NCBI GenBank assembly: GCA_965533275.1 | Contig: CBESWG010000001.1 | Coordinates: forward strand, 145,388-209,387 | DNA: 64,000 nucleotides | From: an uncultured bacterium | GTDB lineage: Bacteria; Acidobacteriota; Aminicenantia; Aminicenantales; Aminicenantaceae | Direction of reading: 5' to 3' | Shown: positions 1 through 10,477 of the stretch, in pieces | How positions within the stretch are numbered: position 1 is the stretch's first letter | How the letters are laid out: each line of letters starts with the position of its first letter | Made by a program: the position numbers and the translations under genes | The notes under the pieces: model-generated | Databases searched by the model: none | Seen by the model: the letters and a program-made list of their open reading frames with translations, nothing else | What the model was told of the DNA's origin: nothing

Positions 1-1593
1 GGTTTGGATATCATGGGCAAGAAGGTCAAGATCGAAGGCATCATTTCCTTCGATACAGCGAGCGACCTGGCCATAGTCGCGATCAAGAGTAAAGCGCCGA
101 CGCTCACCCCCGCTGGATTCGAGACCGTCAAATTCGGCAGCCAGCTTTATGCCGTCGGATGCAATGAGGCAGGTCAGATCCAGGCGTATCCTGGGAAGAT
201 CATCAACTTGGCGGAATACGCAACTGGAAAACAAGTGGCGGATACCAGCATCACAGCTCCTGATACAGCGAGCGGAGCACCGGTCTTCGATGAGAATGGC
301 GTGGTCGTAGGCGTCCTGACGTTTATCGACTCAACTTCGAAATTCGTGCTTCCCGGCAGCCTTACCAGCACTCTCAGCGCCTCGGGGAAGTCCGTCAAGT
401 TCAAGAGACAGGAATCAGTGGATTACTTTGATACCGAGGAAGGAGTCCTCCTGGCCTCACGTTTGTTCGGAGCCGTGGAGAGCACGAGCAAAGCCTCCAA
501 GTATCTCAAAGAGTACTTGAAATTCAAGCCAGAAGACCTGGCATCTCATAAGTTGTTGGCCCGGATCGAATCAAAGCAGAGGAATTTTAACGCTGCGGTC
601 GAGACCTATAAGAAGATCCAGCAGCTCGATCCCGGTGACGCAACGGCCTATTTCGGTCTCGGCCAGGTATATGTCAACATGATGAAATGGACCGACGCGA
701 TTGCACCCTTGGAGCGGTCCGTACAGATGGATCCGCTGAACTTGGAAGCATACCATCTGATCGGGCGGGCTTACTACGAACAGAGGATCTTCGATAAGGC
801 TGCTGACGCCTATGAGAAATTCCTGGATTCGGAACCCCAGGTCCCCGGAGAGAGCCATTTTGAACTGGGAGAGTGCTATATGGAACTCGAGCGCTTTCCA
901 GACGCGGTGCGGTTTTTCCAGAGGGCCGTCGAGATAGATCCCCAGAGCGTCCACAAGAGTTCCAAGCTGGCCCAGGCATTCGAAAAGGCCGCCATGTACG
1001 ATGAGGCGTCGGCGAAATACGAAGAGCTCGCGCAGTTGAGCCCCAGTGACGCGAAGATCTATTACAACATCATCGTCCGCATGTATGACGAGGCCAAGAT
1101 GCCGGAAAAGGCTTTGGAGGCGGCTCAAAAGATGGTCGACCAAGACCCCAATAATCCGGAAGCCTATTACAATCTGGGGATCATGTTCTCCAACCAGAAA
1201 AAGTTCGAGGAGGCGATCGGAGCGCTTAACAAAGCCATAGAGCTGAATCCAGGATTCGATTTCGCATATCTCAACCTGGGAAACATCTATTACCAGATGA
1301 AAAACTACAAGGAAGCGATCCCCGTTTTTCAAAAGCTTGTCGAGATCGTACCGGATAATTCACAGGGATGGCTGTTCCTTGGCATCTGCAACATGCAGTT
1401 GAAGCGGTGGTCGCCGGCAGTGGAGCCTCTGCTCAAGGCCATTGAGCTTGAACCACAGAACGGGAATGCCCTTTACAACCTTGCCATCGCTTACTTGAAC
1501 CTCAAGGACAATGCCAGCGCACGGGAAGTCTATGCCAATCTGCAGACTATCGACCCCAGTCTTGCCCAGAAGCTGAGCAAATACATAAAATAG
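1..1593 (+). CDS. Trypsin-like (S1) serine protease domain fused to TPR repeats; 5' end truncated by the window edge
   Basis: ORF 4..1593 runs to the window start with no upstream stop. The N-terminal part carries a 'DTASGAPVFDENGVVVGVL' motif resembling the GDSGGP serine site. The C-terminal 350 aa have many TPR-like repeats (AYYNLG, AYLNLGNIYY, ALYNLAIAYL). Confidence 0.65.
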   Translation, partial: GLDIMGKKVKIEGIISFDTASDLAIVAIKSKAPTLTPAGFETVKFGSQLYAVGCNEAGQIQAYPGKIINLAEYATGKQVADTSITAPDTASGAPVFDENGVVVGVLTFIDSTSKFVLPGSLTSTLSASGKSVKFKRQESVDYFDTEEGVLLASRLFGAVESTSKASKYLKEYLKFKPEDLASHKLLARIESKQRNFNAAVETYKKIQQLDPGDATAYFGLGQVYVNMMKWTDAIAPLERSVQMDPLNLEAYHLIGRAYYEQRIFDKAADAYEKFLDSEPQVPGESHFELGECYMELERFPDAVRFFQRAVEIDPQSVHKSSKLAQAFEKAAMYDEASAKYEELAQLSPSDAKIYYNIIVRMYDEAKMPEKALEAAQKMVDQDPNNPEAYYNLGIMFSNQKKFEEAIGALNKAIELNPGFDFAYLNLGNIYYQMKNYKEAIPVFQKLVEIVPDNSQGWLFLGICNMQLKRWSPAVEPLLKAIELEPQNGNALYNLAIAYLNLKDNASAREVYANLQTIDPSLAQKLSKYIK

Positions 1594-1766
1594 ATAAATA
1601 GAATGGGCACCGGCACCACGATGCTGTGAATCCGGCTTCCACGGCCTCACGAGTAATGGTTTGTTTCTTGACCACGGTCGTGATCAGCCCGCGACGGTGC
1701 AATATGGGACTGTTTGGTCTCACCAGGTACCAGGTAGAAGGGGAAGTCCGCGCATAGGAACTCGGA

Positions 1767-3158
1767 GTGAACAAAGAAAAAATATACCAGAGCCTCAGGC
1801 GAGAGTATGCGCAAACCCGGCCTCGGTCCGAACAGCGATTCCGTGAGCTGTCACACTCTCAGATCCGTGGCGGAAGCCATAACCTGCGGTTGTTCCCCCC
1901 CTTTCCCTTCTATGATTCCTGGGCGGGGGGCTCACAGATAAGAGACATTGACGGTCATGAGTACGTTGATTTCTGGCAGGGCCATTTCGGAAATATATTG
2001 GGGCACAATCCTCATATGGTTATCGAGGCTCTGGTCGAGCACTTTCAGAGCGGATTGGGGCTTGCCACAGGATTCCCCGGGATTTACCAAGGAGAACTCG
2101 CGAAGCTGATCTTGAGCCGCATGGGAGGCGGAAAGATCCGCTTCACAACCAGCGGGGCACTCGCAACCATGTATGCCATCATGCTGGCCAGGTCCTTTAC
2201 GGGCCGCGATATGGTACTCAAGATAGGGGGGGGCTGGCACGGTGCCCAACCCTATGTCCTCAAGGGGATCTCCGTGTTCAAAGGGGGGCTGGCCGAAGTG
2301 GAGTCCGCAGGACTACCCAAGGAGCTGAATGCCTCTTTGATCACGTGCGAGTTCAACAACGTTTCGGATCTGGAGGAAAAGTTTGCTTCACATGGCGACA
2401 GGATCGCCTGCCTTATCATGGAGCCTTTTATTGGGGCCGGTGGATTTCTCTTCGGGGAGAGAGAGTACATCCTGCGCTCACGGGAATTGACAAAGCAATA
2501 CGGCTCGGTATTGATATTCGATGAAGTCGTTTCTGGATTCCGGTTTCATGCCGGCCCGCTCCAGAGCCTGTATGAAATTGAGGCCGACCTCACTGTCTTC
2601 GGGAAAGCCATTGGCGGAGGGATGCCCGTAAGCGCCCTCGCTGGGAGGAGCGAGATCATGGAGCTTTGTGATCCCGGAGCGCATCCTGACAAAATGGTCA
2701 AGTTCGAAGGGGGGACCTTCTCTGCGCACCCCTCCTGCATGCTGGCGGGACTGCGGTTTCTGGAACACCTGATCGAAAATGAAAACCTGATCTATCCCCG
2801 ACTGGGGCGCTTGGGGAAGCGGGTGCGGACGGAGATAGAAAAGATCTTTGGACACCATGATTTCGTTGTCCGCTGCACAGGCGAAAATGAGGATATCACT
2901 TCCAACTCCTCTGTGATCGGTGTGCATTTTCTGCATGAGGATATCGCACGGATCACCTCTCCAGAACAGGTCTGGGATCCTGCTATAAACGACTTTGATA
3001 TGAGGGAGAATCTATTCAAGCTGGCCATGCTGCTGGAAGGCTTCAACATCTTTCACGGCTATGGGACCATTTCCAATGCGCACTCGGAACAGGAGATCGA
3101 TGCATCCCTCGAAGCCGTCGAGAGGATAGCCGGACATTGGCGAAAGCATCTCGATTGA
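1767..3158 (+). CDS. Class III PLP-dependent aminotransferase (glutamate-1-semialdehyde 2,1-aminomutase-like)
   Basis: 463 aa with a GTG start. 'DIDGHEYVDFWQGHFGNILGHNPHMV' and 'DEVVSGFRF...VFGKAIGGGMPVSALAGRSEIMEL' match the GSA-aminomutase / aminotransferase class III pattern. Confidence 0.7.
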   Translation: MNKEKIYQSLRREYAQTRPRSEQRFRELSHSQIRGGSHNLRLFPPFPFYDSWAGGSQIRDIDGHEYVDFWQGHFGNILGHNPHMVIEALVEHFQSGLGLATGFPGIYQGELAKLILSRMGGGKIRFTTSGALATMYAIMLARSFTGRDMVLKIGGGWHGAQPYVLKGISVFKGGLAEVESAGLPKELNASLITCEFNNVSDLEEKFASHGDRIACLIMEPFIGAGGFLFGEREYILRSRELTKQYGSVLIFDEVVSGFRFHAGPLQSLYEIEADLTVFGKAIGGGMPVSALAGRSEIMELCDPGAHPDKMVKFEGGTFSAHPSCMLAGLRFLEHLIENENLIYPRLGRLGKRVRTEIEKIFGHHDFVVRCTGENEDITSNSSVIGVHFLHEDIARITSPEQVWDPAINDFDMRENLFKLAMLLEGFNIFHGYGTISNAHSEQEIDASLEAVERIAGHWRKHLD

Positions 3159-3258
3159 CAAACAGAAATTAATATGATATTGTTTGGTTCCAATATCTTG
3201 CCTCTGTTTAGTTCCAAATCCTCCTGCGAGAACAGCAAATGGATTAGGATTTTATTTT

Positions 3259-3343
3259 GGGCAGGTGGCGAAATTGGCATACGCGCTAGGCTTAGGACCT
3301 AGTTCCTGTTAAAGGAGTGCGGGTTCGAGTCCCGCTCTGCCCA
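3259..3343 (+). tRNA. tRNA-Leu (anticodon TAG), long variable arm
   Basis: Cloverleaf folded by hand: acceptor GGGCAGG pairs with TCTGCCC (one G-U) and the discriminator is A. D arm GCG...CGC. Anticodon stem CTAGG/CCTAG with loop CTTAGGA (U33, anticodon TAG, G37). Long variable arm. T arm GCGGG-TTCGAGT-CCCGC. CCA is not encoded. Confidence 0.8.
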
Positions 3344-3374
3344 TTCCATAGTATTCAATTAAGAAGGAATTGAG

Positions 3375-4643
3375 ATGGCGGAACCGAAAAGCAAAATCAC
3401 AGAACTGAGTGCATCCAAGCGGGAGTTGGAACTGGAAGTCCCCGCAGACGAAACCCTGAAAGAGTACGAGACAGCGCTACGGCAGTACATTGCAGGGGCG
3501 AAGGTGAAAGGTTTCAGGCAGGGGAAAGCGCCTGAAAATGTCGTGAAACGCATGTATCAGGCAGAGATCCGGGAAGCTATGTTCGATTCTCTTGCGCCCA
3601 AGGCTGTGGGACGTGAACTTGCTGCCCACCAGGCTTCCCCTGTGAGCACCCCCGTCATCACCGACCTTTCCTGGGAAGAGGGCCAGGCCCTGAAGCTGAA
3701 GGCTGAGTTCGAAGTCTGGCCCGAGTTCATCCTCCCAGCCTATACCAAGGTCAAAGTAAAGAAGAAAGAGGCCACGGTCACCGAGAAAGATGTCGAGCAG
3801 TCCCTAGCGGAGCTTAGAGAGCGTTCTGCGCAGTATGAGCCGGTCGAGGACCGGGGAATCCAGCAGGAGGACTACGTGATGATCCGTATCCAGGGAAAAG
3901 ATGCCGCGACGGGTCGACTTCTCCCTTCGGAAAAGGTCTTCGTGCTGACAGGGCACCCAGACAATGAAAAGGCGCTGAACGAGAATCTTCCGGGATTGAA
4001 AGCAAATGAGGAGAAAGACTTTAGGGTCGAATATCCGGGAGATCATGCCAACAAAAAGGTCGCCGGCAAGTCTATCGAATATCATTTGGCCGTGCTCTCT
4101 ATCAAGGAGAAGAAGCTGGCAGAGATCGATGATGGCTTTGCCAAGGACATGGGCAAGTTCGAGAATCTGAAGGAGCTCAAGGACGAGATACGCAAGCAGC
4201 TCGAAGAAGCTCGGGAAAGCAGCCAGAAGCGGGAGATATCAGAGGAGGTCGTCAAAAACGTCACGGATAAGGTCGACCCGGAACTTCCTGATTCTCTGAT
4301 CCAGCAAGAAACAGTCGTCCAACTGCGCCGAATCATCCAATCCTTGGGGCAGACTCCGACTAAACAAGAGGAGCAGGCCCGTTGGGAGGAGGAGGCTCGG
4401 CAAAAAGCCCAGCAGACCGTGAAAAACCACCTGATCCTGATGCGGATTGCAGAGGCAGAAAAGTTGACGGTGTCAGAGCAGGAGATGACCGATGAATTCC
4501 AATCCTTGGCAGACGCGAACAACGTGCCTCTGGCACAGGTGGTCGATGCCATGAACCGTGAAAACAGGAAATCAGAGGTGGAACAGAACCTCCTCCTCCG
4601 GAAGACCATTGATTTTTTGGTCGAAAATGCTATAATTGAATAA
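3375..4643 (+). CDS. tig: Trigger factor
   Basis: 422 aa. The N-terminal '[15 protein letters not shown]' ribosome-binding signature and overall length match trigger factor. It sits in the conserved tig-clpP-clpX-lon arrangement. Confidence 0.85.
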   Translation: MAEPKSKITELSASKRELELEVPADETLKEYETALRQYIAGAKVKGFRQGKAPENVVKRMYQAEIREAMFDSLAPKAVGRELAAHQASPVSTPVITDLSWEEGQALKLKAEFEVWPEFILPAYTKVKVKKKEATVTEKDVEQSLAELRERSAQYEPVEDRGIQQEDYVMIRIQGKDAATGRLLPSEKVFVLTGHPDNEKALNENLPGLKANEEKDFRVEYPGDHANKKVAGKSIEYHLAVLSIKEKKLAEIDDGFAKDMGKFENLKELKDEIRKQLEEARESSQKREISEEVVKNVTDKVDPELPDSLIQQETVVQLRRIIQSLGQTPTKQEEQARWEEEARQKAQQTVKNHLILMRIAEAEKLTVSEQEMTDEFQSLADANNVPLAQVVDAMNRENRKSEVEQNLLLRKTIDFLVENAIIE

Positions 4644-4656
4644 CCGATCACCCCAA

Positions 4657-5256
4657 ATGACTTTGATCCCCTTTATCGTCGACCAGGAAGGCAAGAGCGA
4701 ACGTGCCTACGACATCTATTCCCGTCTGCTCAAAGATAACATCATCTTCATCGGAACCGAGATCACAGACGAGGTGGCCAACTCGGTTGTCGCACAGCTT
4801 CTCTATCTTGAAGCAGAACGACCGGAGGCCGAGGTTTCTGTGTACATCAATTCCCCAGGCGGGAACATAACCTCGGGACTGGGGATCTATGACACCATGC
4901 AGTACATCAGCTCCGATATATCCACCATTTGTGTGGGCCAGGCCGCCAGCATGGCAGCCATCCTGTTGTCAGCAGGGACGCCCGGCAAGAGATTCTGTCT
5001 CCCTAATGCCCGGATCATCATCCATCAGCCTATGGGTGGCTTCAAGGGACAAGCCACCGATATAGCCATCCAGGCAAAGGAGATATTGAGGATCAGAGAG
5101 AGGATCAACCAGATCCTCAAGCACCACACCCTGCAGCCGCTAAAACGTATTCAGGAGGATATCGAAAGAGATTTTATTATGACTCCAGATCAGGCCAAAG
5201 CCTATGGCATCATCGACGAAGTGATCATGTCCCGACGCAAGGCCAAAAAGGCCTGA
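4657..5256 (+). CDS. clpP: ATP-dependent Clp protease proteolytic subunit
   Basis: '[25 protein letters not shown]' N-terminus, '[14 protein letters not shown]' (active-site Ser) and 'IHQPMGG' (His) are present. The start is moved to ATG 4657 because the 4636 start overlaps the tig stop. Confidence 0.9.
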   Translation: MTLIPFIVDQEGKSERAYDIYSRLLKDNIIFIGTEITDEVANSVVAQLLYLEAERPEAEVSVYINSPGGNITSGLGIYDTMQYISSDISTICVGQAASMAAILLSAGTPGKRFCLPNARIIIHQPMGGFKGQATDIAIQAKEILRIRERINQILKHHTLQPLKRIQEDIERDFIMTPDQAKAYGIIDEVIMSRRKAKKA

Positions 5257-5294
5257 ACGAGATTTTCAGAGCGAAATCACAGGAAATTACACAT

Positions 5295-6551
5295 ATGAAC
5301 GACAATTTTCGACAGGACTACAGCAGCGCCGCAAAGTGCAATTTTTGCAACCGCCCGCAGCCTCTGGTCAAGAAGCTGATTGCGGGACCGGGTGGTGTAT
5401 ATATCTGTGACAATTGTATAGAACTGGCCCATTCCATCATCTTCAACGAAGCCAAGGAAGAGGAAGCCAAGGAAACAAAGGCCGAGTTTCCCACACCCTT
5501 CGAGATAAAACGGGCTCTGGATGAATACATCGTTGGCCAGGAGGATGCCAAGAAGAAGATCGCCGTTGCGGTGTACAACCACTACAAGCGCATTCACTTC
5601 GCAGATCAGCAGGATGACGTGGAGATATCCAAGAGCAATATTCTCCTGATAGGTCCTACCGGAACCGGAAAGACACTCATGGCCCAAACCCTGGCACGGA
5701 TCCTCGAGGTCCCGTTTGCCATCGCCGATGCCACATCTCTGACCGAGGCCGGCTATGTGGGCGAGGACGTGGAAAACATCGTTCTCAAATTGTTCCAGGC
5801 CTCGAAGGGCAACCTGGAAAAGACTCAAAAAGGTATTATCTATGTGGATGAGATCGATAAGATCTCCCGCAAAACCGACACTCCCTCGATCACTCGGGAT
5901 GTGTCCGGAGAGGGAGTCCAACAGGCCCTCCTGAAGATCATCGAGGGAACGGTCGCCAATATCCCACCCCAAGGGGGGCGCAAGCATCCCCAGCAGGAGT
6001 TCATCCCGATCGATACGACTAACATCCTGTTTATCTTTGGAGGGGCCTTCAACGGCCTGGACAGGATCGTCTCCCAACGGATAGGAAAAGCCACAGTCGG
6101 CTTCAGGTCGGAATCGGGAAAAAAAAGGATGAAGCCCACGGACGAGATCTATCACCATATGCTCCCTCAGGACCTGATGAAATATGGGATGATACCCGAA
6201 CTGGTGGGTCGCATCCCTGTGATCTCGATCTTCTCCGACCTATCCGTCAAAGACCTGATCGACATCCTCACCAAACCCAAGAATGCTATTATAAAGCAGT
6301 ACCAAAAACTCTTCGAAATGGAGGATGTCAAGCTGGAATTCACGAAAGAAGCCATCAATTCGATCGCACAGATGTCGACCGAAAAAAAGCTGGGAGCCAG
6401 GGGCCTGAGGAGCATCATCGAGGACCTCATGCTGGACCTCATGTTCCACCTGCCTTCCTCCAAACAGACGTCCACCATCCGTATCACCAAAAAGATGGTG
6501 GAGGACAACACCCTTGTTTTCGACAGTTTAAAACAGGCTGCCGGAGTATAA
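5295..6551 (+). CDS. clpX: ATP-dependent Clp protease ATP-binding subunit
   Basis: N-terminal C4 zinc finger 'CNFCNRPQ...CDNCIELAH', Walker A 'GPTGTGKTL' and a Walker B DE are present; 418 aa. Confidence 0.9.
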   Translation: MNDNFRQDYSSAAKCNFCNRPQPLVKKLIAGPGGVYICDNCIELAHSIIFNEAKEEEAKETKAEFPTPFEIKRALDEYIVGQEDAKKKIAVAVYNHYKRIHFADQQDDVEISKSNILLIGPTGTGKTLMAQTLARILEVPFAIADATSLTEAGYVGEDVENIVLKLFQASKGNLEKTQKGIIYVDEIDKISRKTDTPSITRDVSGEGVQQALLKIIEGTVANIPPQGGRKHPQQEFIPIDTTNILFIFGGAFNGLDRIVSQRIGKATVGFRSESGKKRMKPTDEIYHHMLPQDLMKYGMIPELVGRIPVISIFSDLSVKDLIDILTKPKNAIIKQYQKLFEMEDVKLEFTKEAINSIAQMSTEKKLGARGLRSIIEDLMLDLMFHLPSSKQTSTIRITKKMVEDNTLVFDSLKQAAGV

Positions 6552-6554
6552 AAC

Positions 6555-8975
6555 ATGCAATCTCAAGCCAAAAGTGAAGTGATCAAAAACCTGCCCATGA
6601 TCCCTCTGCGGGACCTCGTAGTATTCCCGTCCACCCTGGTCCCCTTCATCATCGGTCGCTCCTCCTCGGTCCAGGCTCTGGAAAGAGCCTCGGGACAGGA
6701 TAAGATGATCTACCTGTCGGCACAGATGGACGCATCGCTGGATAATCCCCGGCCCTTAGATATCTATTCCATGGGGATCATTGCCAAGATCATCCGTGTC
6801 GTTAAGATGGATGACAAGAACATGAAGGTCATTGTCGAGGGAAAAAAGAGGGCTCGGATCGTCGAATATCTGAGCACATTCCCCTTCTATCAAGTTCTGG
6901 TCAAGGAGATCCGTGAGATTGAAGCGGACAACGATAAGACGCGCGAATTACTCAGGGTCGTGCTGACCCTCTTCGAGGATTATCTGAAACTCAGCCAGCA
7001 TGCCAACTTTGATTCCATCATTCCCGCTCTCAGGGAAAACAGTGCCAACCGCATTTCGGATATTATTTCGTCTCATCTATTCCTGCCTGTCGAGGAGAAG
7101 CAGAACCTGCTCGAAACGATCAATCCACTCGAGCGCCTGCGACGCCTGAATTTTGTCCTGGAAAACGAACTGATCAAGATCCATGCTAAACTCCGCAAGG
7201 AAGGCAAGGGGGGAGGGCGCAAATCCCCGTTCCGAGAGGGAATCGGCCAAAAGATCTTCACACCCGGCATGGGAGGGAAGAAGGACGATCAGCCTAACGA
7301 GGTAGAGGAACTCCGCAAGCGAGTCGCAGAGGCTAAGATGCCCAAGGATGCGGAAGAAAAGGCCAACAAGGAGATCGAACGACTGGAGGTCATGCCGCCC
7401 ATGTCCGCCGAAGCGACGGTCTGCCGCAACTATCTGGATTGGCTTCTCTCCCTCCCCTGGACTAAAAAATCTCGGGAGAAGCGCAGCCTCGCCGAAGCGG
7501 AAAAGATCCTGAATGAAGATCACTACGGCCTGGAAAAGGTCAAGGAACGCATCCTGGAATATCTTTCCATCCGCCAGCTCGTCAAGAATCCCAAGGGAGT
7601 CATCCTTGGCTTTGTCGGCCCTCCCGGCGTGGGGAAGAGTTCCCTGGGGAAGTCGATTGCCAGGGCCACCGGACGCAAGTTCGTGAGGCTGTCGCTAGGA
7701 GGAGTCCGGGATGAGGCGGAGATCCGGGGGCATCGCCGCACTTATATCGGAGCCTATCCCGGCCGGATCATTCAGATGATCAAGAAGGCCGGCACGAGAA
7801 ATCCCGTTTTCCTTCTGGACGAGGTCGATAAGATGAGCGTGGATTTCCGGGGTGACCCGGCGTCGGCGCTTATGGAAGTCCTGGATCCAGAGCAGAACAA
7901 CACATTCCTGGATCATTACATCGACACCGAATATGACCTGTCTCAAGTCATGTTCATCGTGACCGCAAACGTCCTCGAATCCATACCTCGTCCACTCATC
8001 GATCGTATGGAAATAATACGCATCCCCGGCTACACCGAAGAGGAAAAACTGCAGATCGCGAAACAGTTTCTTCTTCCGAAACAGCTGAAAGCACATGGAT
8101 TGAAAACAGCGAATATCGGTATCTCCGACAAGGCTTTCCGTAAGCTCATCCGAGAATATACTCGAGAAGCCGGGGTTAGAAACCTGGAGCGTGAAATCAC
8201 TTCCGTATGCCGTAAGGTTGTCAAGAAGGTTGTGGACAAGGGAAAGACCTACAGAGAATCGGTCACCCCTCGCAACCTGGAAAAATTCCTGGGAATTCCA
8301 CGTTTCAAGCGAAGCGAGATCGAGAGGAAAAACGAGGTGGGCGTAGCGCTGGGAATGGCCTGGACTGAGTTCGGAGGCGAGATCCTGTCGTTTGAAGTGA
8401 CCAAGGTGCACGGAAAGGGAAATTTCACCCTCACGGGCCAGTTGGGAGAGGTCATGCAGGAATCGGCCCAGGCGGCGTTTTCCTATGTGCGCGGCAAGAT
8501 GTACCAGCTCAATATCGCGCGAGACCTGCACAAAAATTACGATATCCACGTCCATGTCCCTGAAGCTGCAACACCCAAAGAAGGCCCTTCAGCCGGGATC
8601 ACGATCGCAACAGCCATCATCTCCCTGGTTACCAACATCCCCGCGGATAAAAAAGTGGTCATTAGCGGTGAGCTAACCCTGCTTGGCAAGGTCCTTCCGG
8701 TGGGAGGCGTCAAGGAAAAACTCCTGGCAGCACATCGCGAAGGGATTTTCGAAGCCATCCTCCCCCTGGAAAACATGTGTGACCTCAAGGATATGCCCAA
8801 GAATGTCAAGGATGCCATGAAGATCCACTTCGTTGAAACGATGGATGAGGTCTTGAAGATCGCCTTGACCAAGGAGATCCCTGACAAGGGCAAGAAGACC
8901 CTTCCAGAGGACTCAGAGGCTCCGGACGACGGAGAAGAACACGAAGAAACTCAAGAGCCTCCGATCGCACATTAA
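6555..8975 (+). CDS. lon: Lon protease (LonA)
   Basis: 806 aa. N-terminal LON domain, AAA+ 'GPPGVGKSSLGKSIA', and the catalytic Ser motif 'PKEGPSAGITIATAIISL'. Confidence 0.9.
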   Translation: MQSQAKSEVIKNLPMIPLRDLVVFPSTLVPFIIGRSSSVQALERASGQDKMIYLSAQMDASLDNPRPLDIYSMGIIAKIIRVVKMDDKNMKVIVEGKKRARIVEYLSTFPFYQVLVKEIREIEADNDKTRELLRVVLTLFEDYLKLSQHANFDSIIPALRENSANRISDIISSHLFLPVEEKQNLLETINPLERLRRLNFVLENELIKIHAKLRKEGKGGGRKSPFREGIGQKIFTPGMGGKKDDQPNEVEELRKRVAEAKMPKDAEEKANKEIERLEVMPPMSAEATVCRNYLDWLLSLPWTKKSREKRSLAEAEKILNEDHYGLEKVKERILEYLSIRQLVKNPKGVILGFVGPPGVGKSSLGKSIARATGRKFVRLSLGGVRDEAEIRGHRRTYIGAYPGRIIQMIKKAGTRNPVFLLDEVDKMSVDFRGDPASALMEVLDPEQNNTFLDHYIDTEYDLSQVMFIVTANVLESIPRPLIDRMEIIRIPGYTEEEKLQIAKQFLLPKQLKAHGLKTANIGISDKAFRKLIREYTREAGVRNLEREITSVCRKVVKKVVDKGKTYRESVTPRNLEKFLGIPRFKRSEIERKNEVGVALGMAWTEFGGEILSFEVTKVHGKGNFTLTGQLGEVMQESAQAAFSYVRGKMYQLNIARDLHKNYDIHVHVPEAATPKEGPSAGITIATAIISLVTNIPADKKVVISGELTLLGKVLPVGGVKEKLLAAHREGIFEAILPLENMCDLKDMPKNVKDAMKIHFVETMDEVLKIALTKEIPDKGKKTLPEDSEAPDDGEEHEETQEPPIAH

Positions 8976-9039
8976 AAAAAAAAGAAAGCAGTAAATAAAA
9001 TAGATCCTTCGAGTTAATACCTACAGAGGAGTAAAGACG

Positions 9040-10320
9040 ATGAAAGAGCACAACCTAGCTGAATTGAATGGATTGAAAGTCAAGGAACTTGTCGAGATTG
9101 CCAAGGCATTGGGCGTGACAGACGCAGAGATCAAGGAATCCAAGAAGCAGAACCTGATTTTCCGCATACTGGAGGCGCAGGCCAAAAAGAGCGGATTGCT
9201 CTTTTCTGAAGGTGTCCTGGAATGCCTGGAAGACGGATTCGGTTTTCTACGAGCTCCGGAGTTCAGTTATCTTCCCAGTCAGGATGATATCTATGTATCT
9301 CCCTCTCAGATCCGAAAATTTCATCTGCGCACGGGGGACACTATATCCGGCGTAGTCAGGCCGCCCAAAGAGGGAGAGAAGTACTTCGCCTTGATAAAGA
9401 TCGAAGCCATTAACTTCGGGCACCCGGAAGAGATCATGACAGCGCGTCGCAATGTGCACTTCGAGCAATTGACACCGCTCTACCCCTTTGAAAAACTCAA
9501 CCTCGAGGACGGCAAGCCCAACAACCTCAATGCCAGGGTCATGGACCTGTTGACGCCAATCGGCAAGGGGCAGCGCGGACTCATTGTCTCTCCTCCGAGG
9601 GCCGGAAAGACCACTCTCCTGAAGACCATCGCTCACTCCATCGAAAAAAACCATCCAGAAGTTTTTCTCATCGTACTGCTGGTCGCGGAGCGACCTGAAG
9701 AGGTGACAGACTTCCAACGCAGCATCAACGGGGAAGTCGTAGCCTCCACCTTTGATGAGCCTCCGATTCGCAACGCCCAGGTGTCGCACATCGTACTGGA
9801 AAAGGCAAAACGCCTGGTAGAGCTGAAGCGCGATGTCTGTATCGTCCTGGATAGCATCACACGCCTGGCACGTGCGCACAACGCCATCATCCCTCCCTCC
9901 GGTAAGGTGCTGTCTGGTGGAATAGACGCCAATGCCCTTAATAAGCCCAAAAAGTTCTTCGGGCAGGCCCGAAAGATCGAGGAGGGGGGAAGCCTCACCA
10001 TCATCGCCACCGCCCTGGTGGACACCGGAAGCCGTATGGACGATGTGATTTTCGAAGAGTTCAAGGGGACTGGAAACCTCGAAGTCAATCTGGATCGGAG
10101 ACTCGTAGACAAGCGGCTGTTCCCGGCAATCGACATAAACCGGTCGGCCACACGAAAAGAAGAACTCCTGATACCAGAAAAGGATCTCATGCGCATCTGG
10201 GTCCTCCGCAAGGTCCTCAGCAACCTGAACGAGGTTGAGGCAATGGAACTCCTGCTCGATAAAATGGGCAAGACCAAGACCAATGCCGAATTCCTGGATG
10301 CCATGAGCCGGGGACTGTAA
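9040..10320 (+). CDS. rho: Transcription termination factor Rho
   Basis: 426 aa. N-terminal '[18 protein letters not shown]' domain, Walker A '[10 protein letters not shown]', and a '[10 protein letters not shown]' C-terminus. Confidence 0.9.
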   Translation: MKEHNLAELNGLKVKELVEIAKALGVTDAEIKESKKQNLIFRILEAQAKKSGLLFSEGVLECLEDGFGFLRAPEFSYLPSQDDIYVSPSQIRKFHLRTGDTISGVVRPPKEGEKYFALIKIEAINFGHPEEIMTARRNVHFEQLTPLYPFEKLNLEDGKPNNLNARVMDLLTPIGKGQRGLIVSPPRAGKTTLLKTIAHSIEKNHPEVFLIVLLVAERPEEVTDFQRSINGEVVASTFDEPPIRNAQVSHIVLEKAKRLVELKRDVCIVLDSITRLARAHNAIIPPSGKVLSGGIDANALNKPKKFFGQARKIEEGGSLTIIATALVDTGSRMDDVIFEEFKGTGNLEVNLDRRLVDKRLFPAIDINRSATRKEELLIPEKDLMRIWVLRKVLSNLNEVEAMELLLDKMGKTKTNAEFLDAMSRGL

Positions 10321-10477
10321 ACTTCTCCAAACGCTAAGAGGGAGAATTCCCGCATTCTCTTTCGTTTGCCTGTTCGGCGCTTTTCGGGACAGGCATCGAG
10401 TCCGTATTCCTTTTCCACAAAGATTTGTTTTGAAATTGGGCAGGAAACGTGATATACAAATCAGCTTGAGGTTGAAT

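Noticed and set aside
1594-1766. Possible riboswitch in the 173-nt leader of the class III aminotransferase
   Set aside because: I saw no recognisable conserved box (B12, SAM, TPP, glycine and others), only short self-complementary stretches. A covariance-model scan would be needed.
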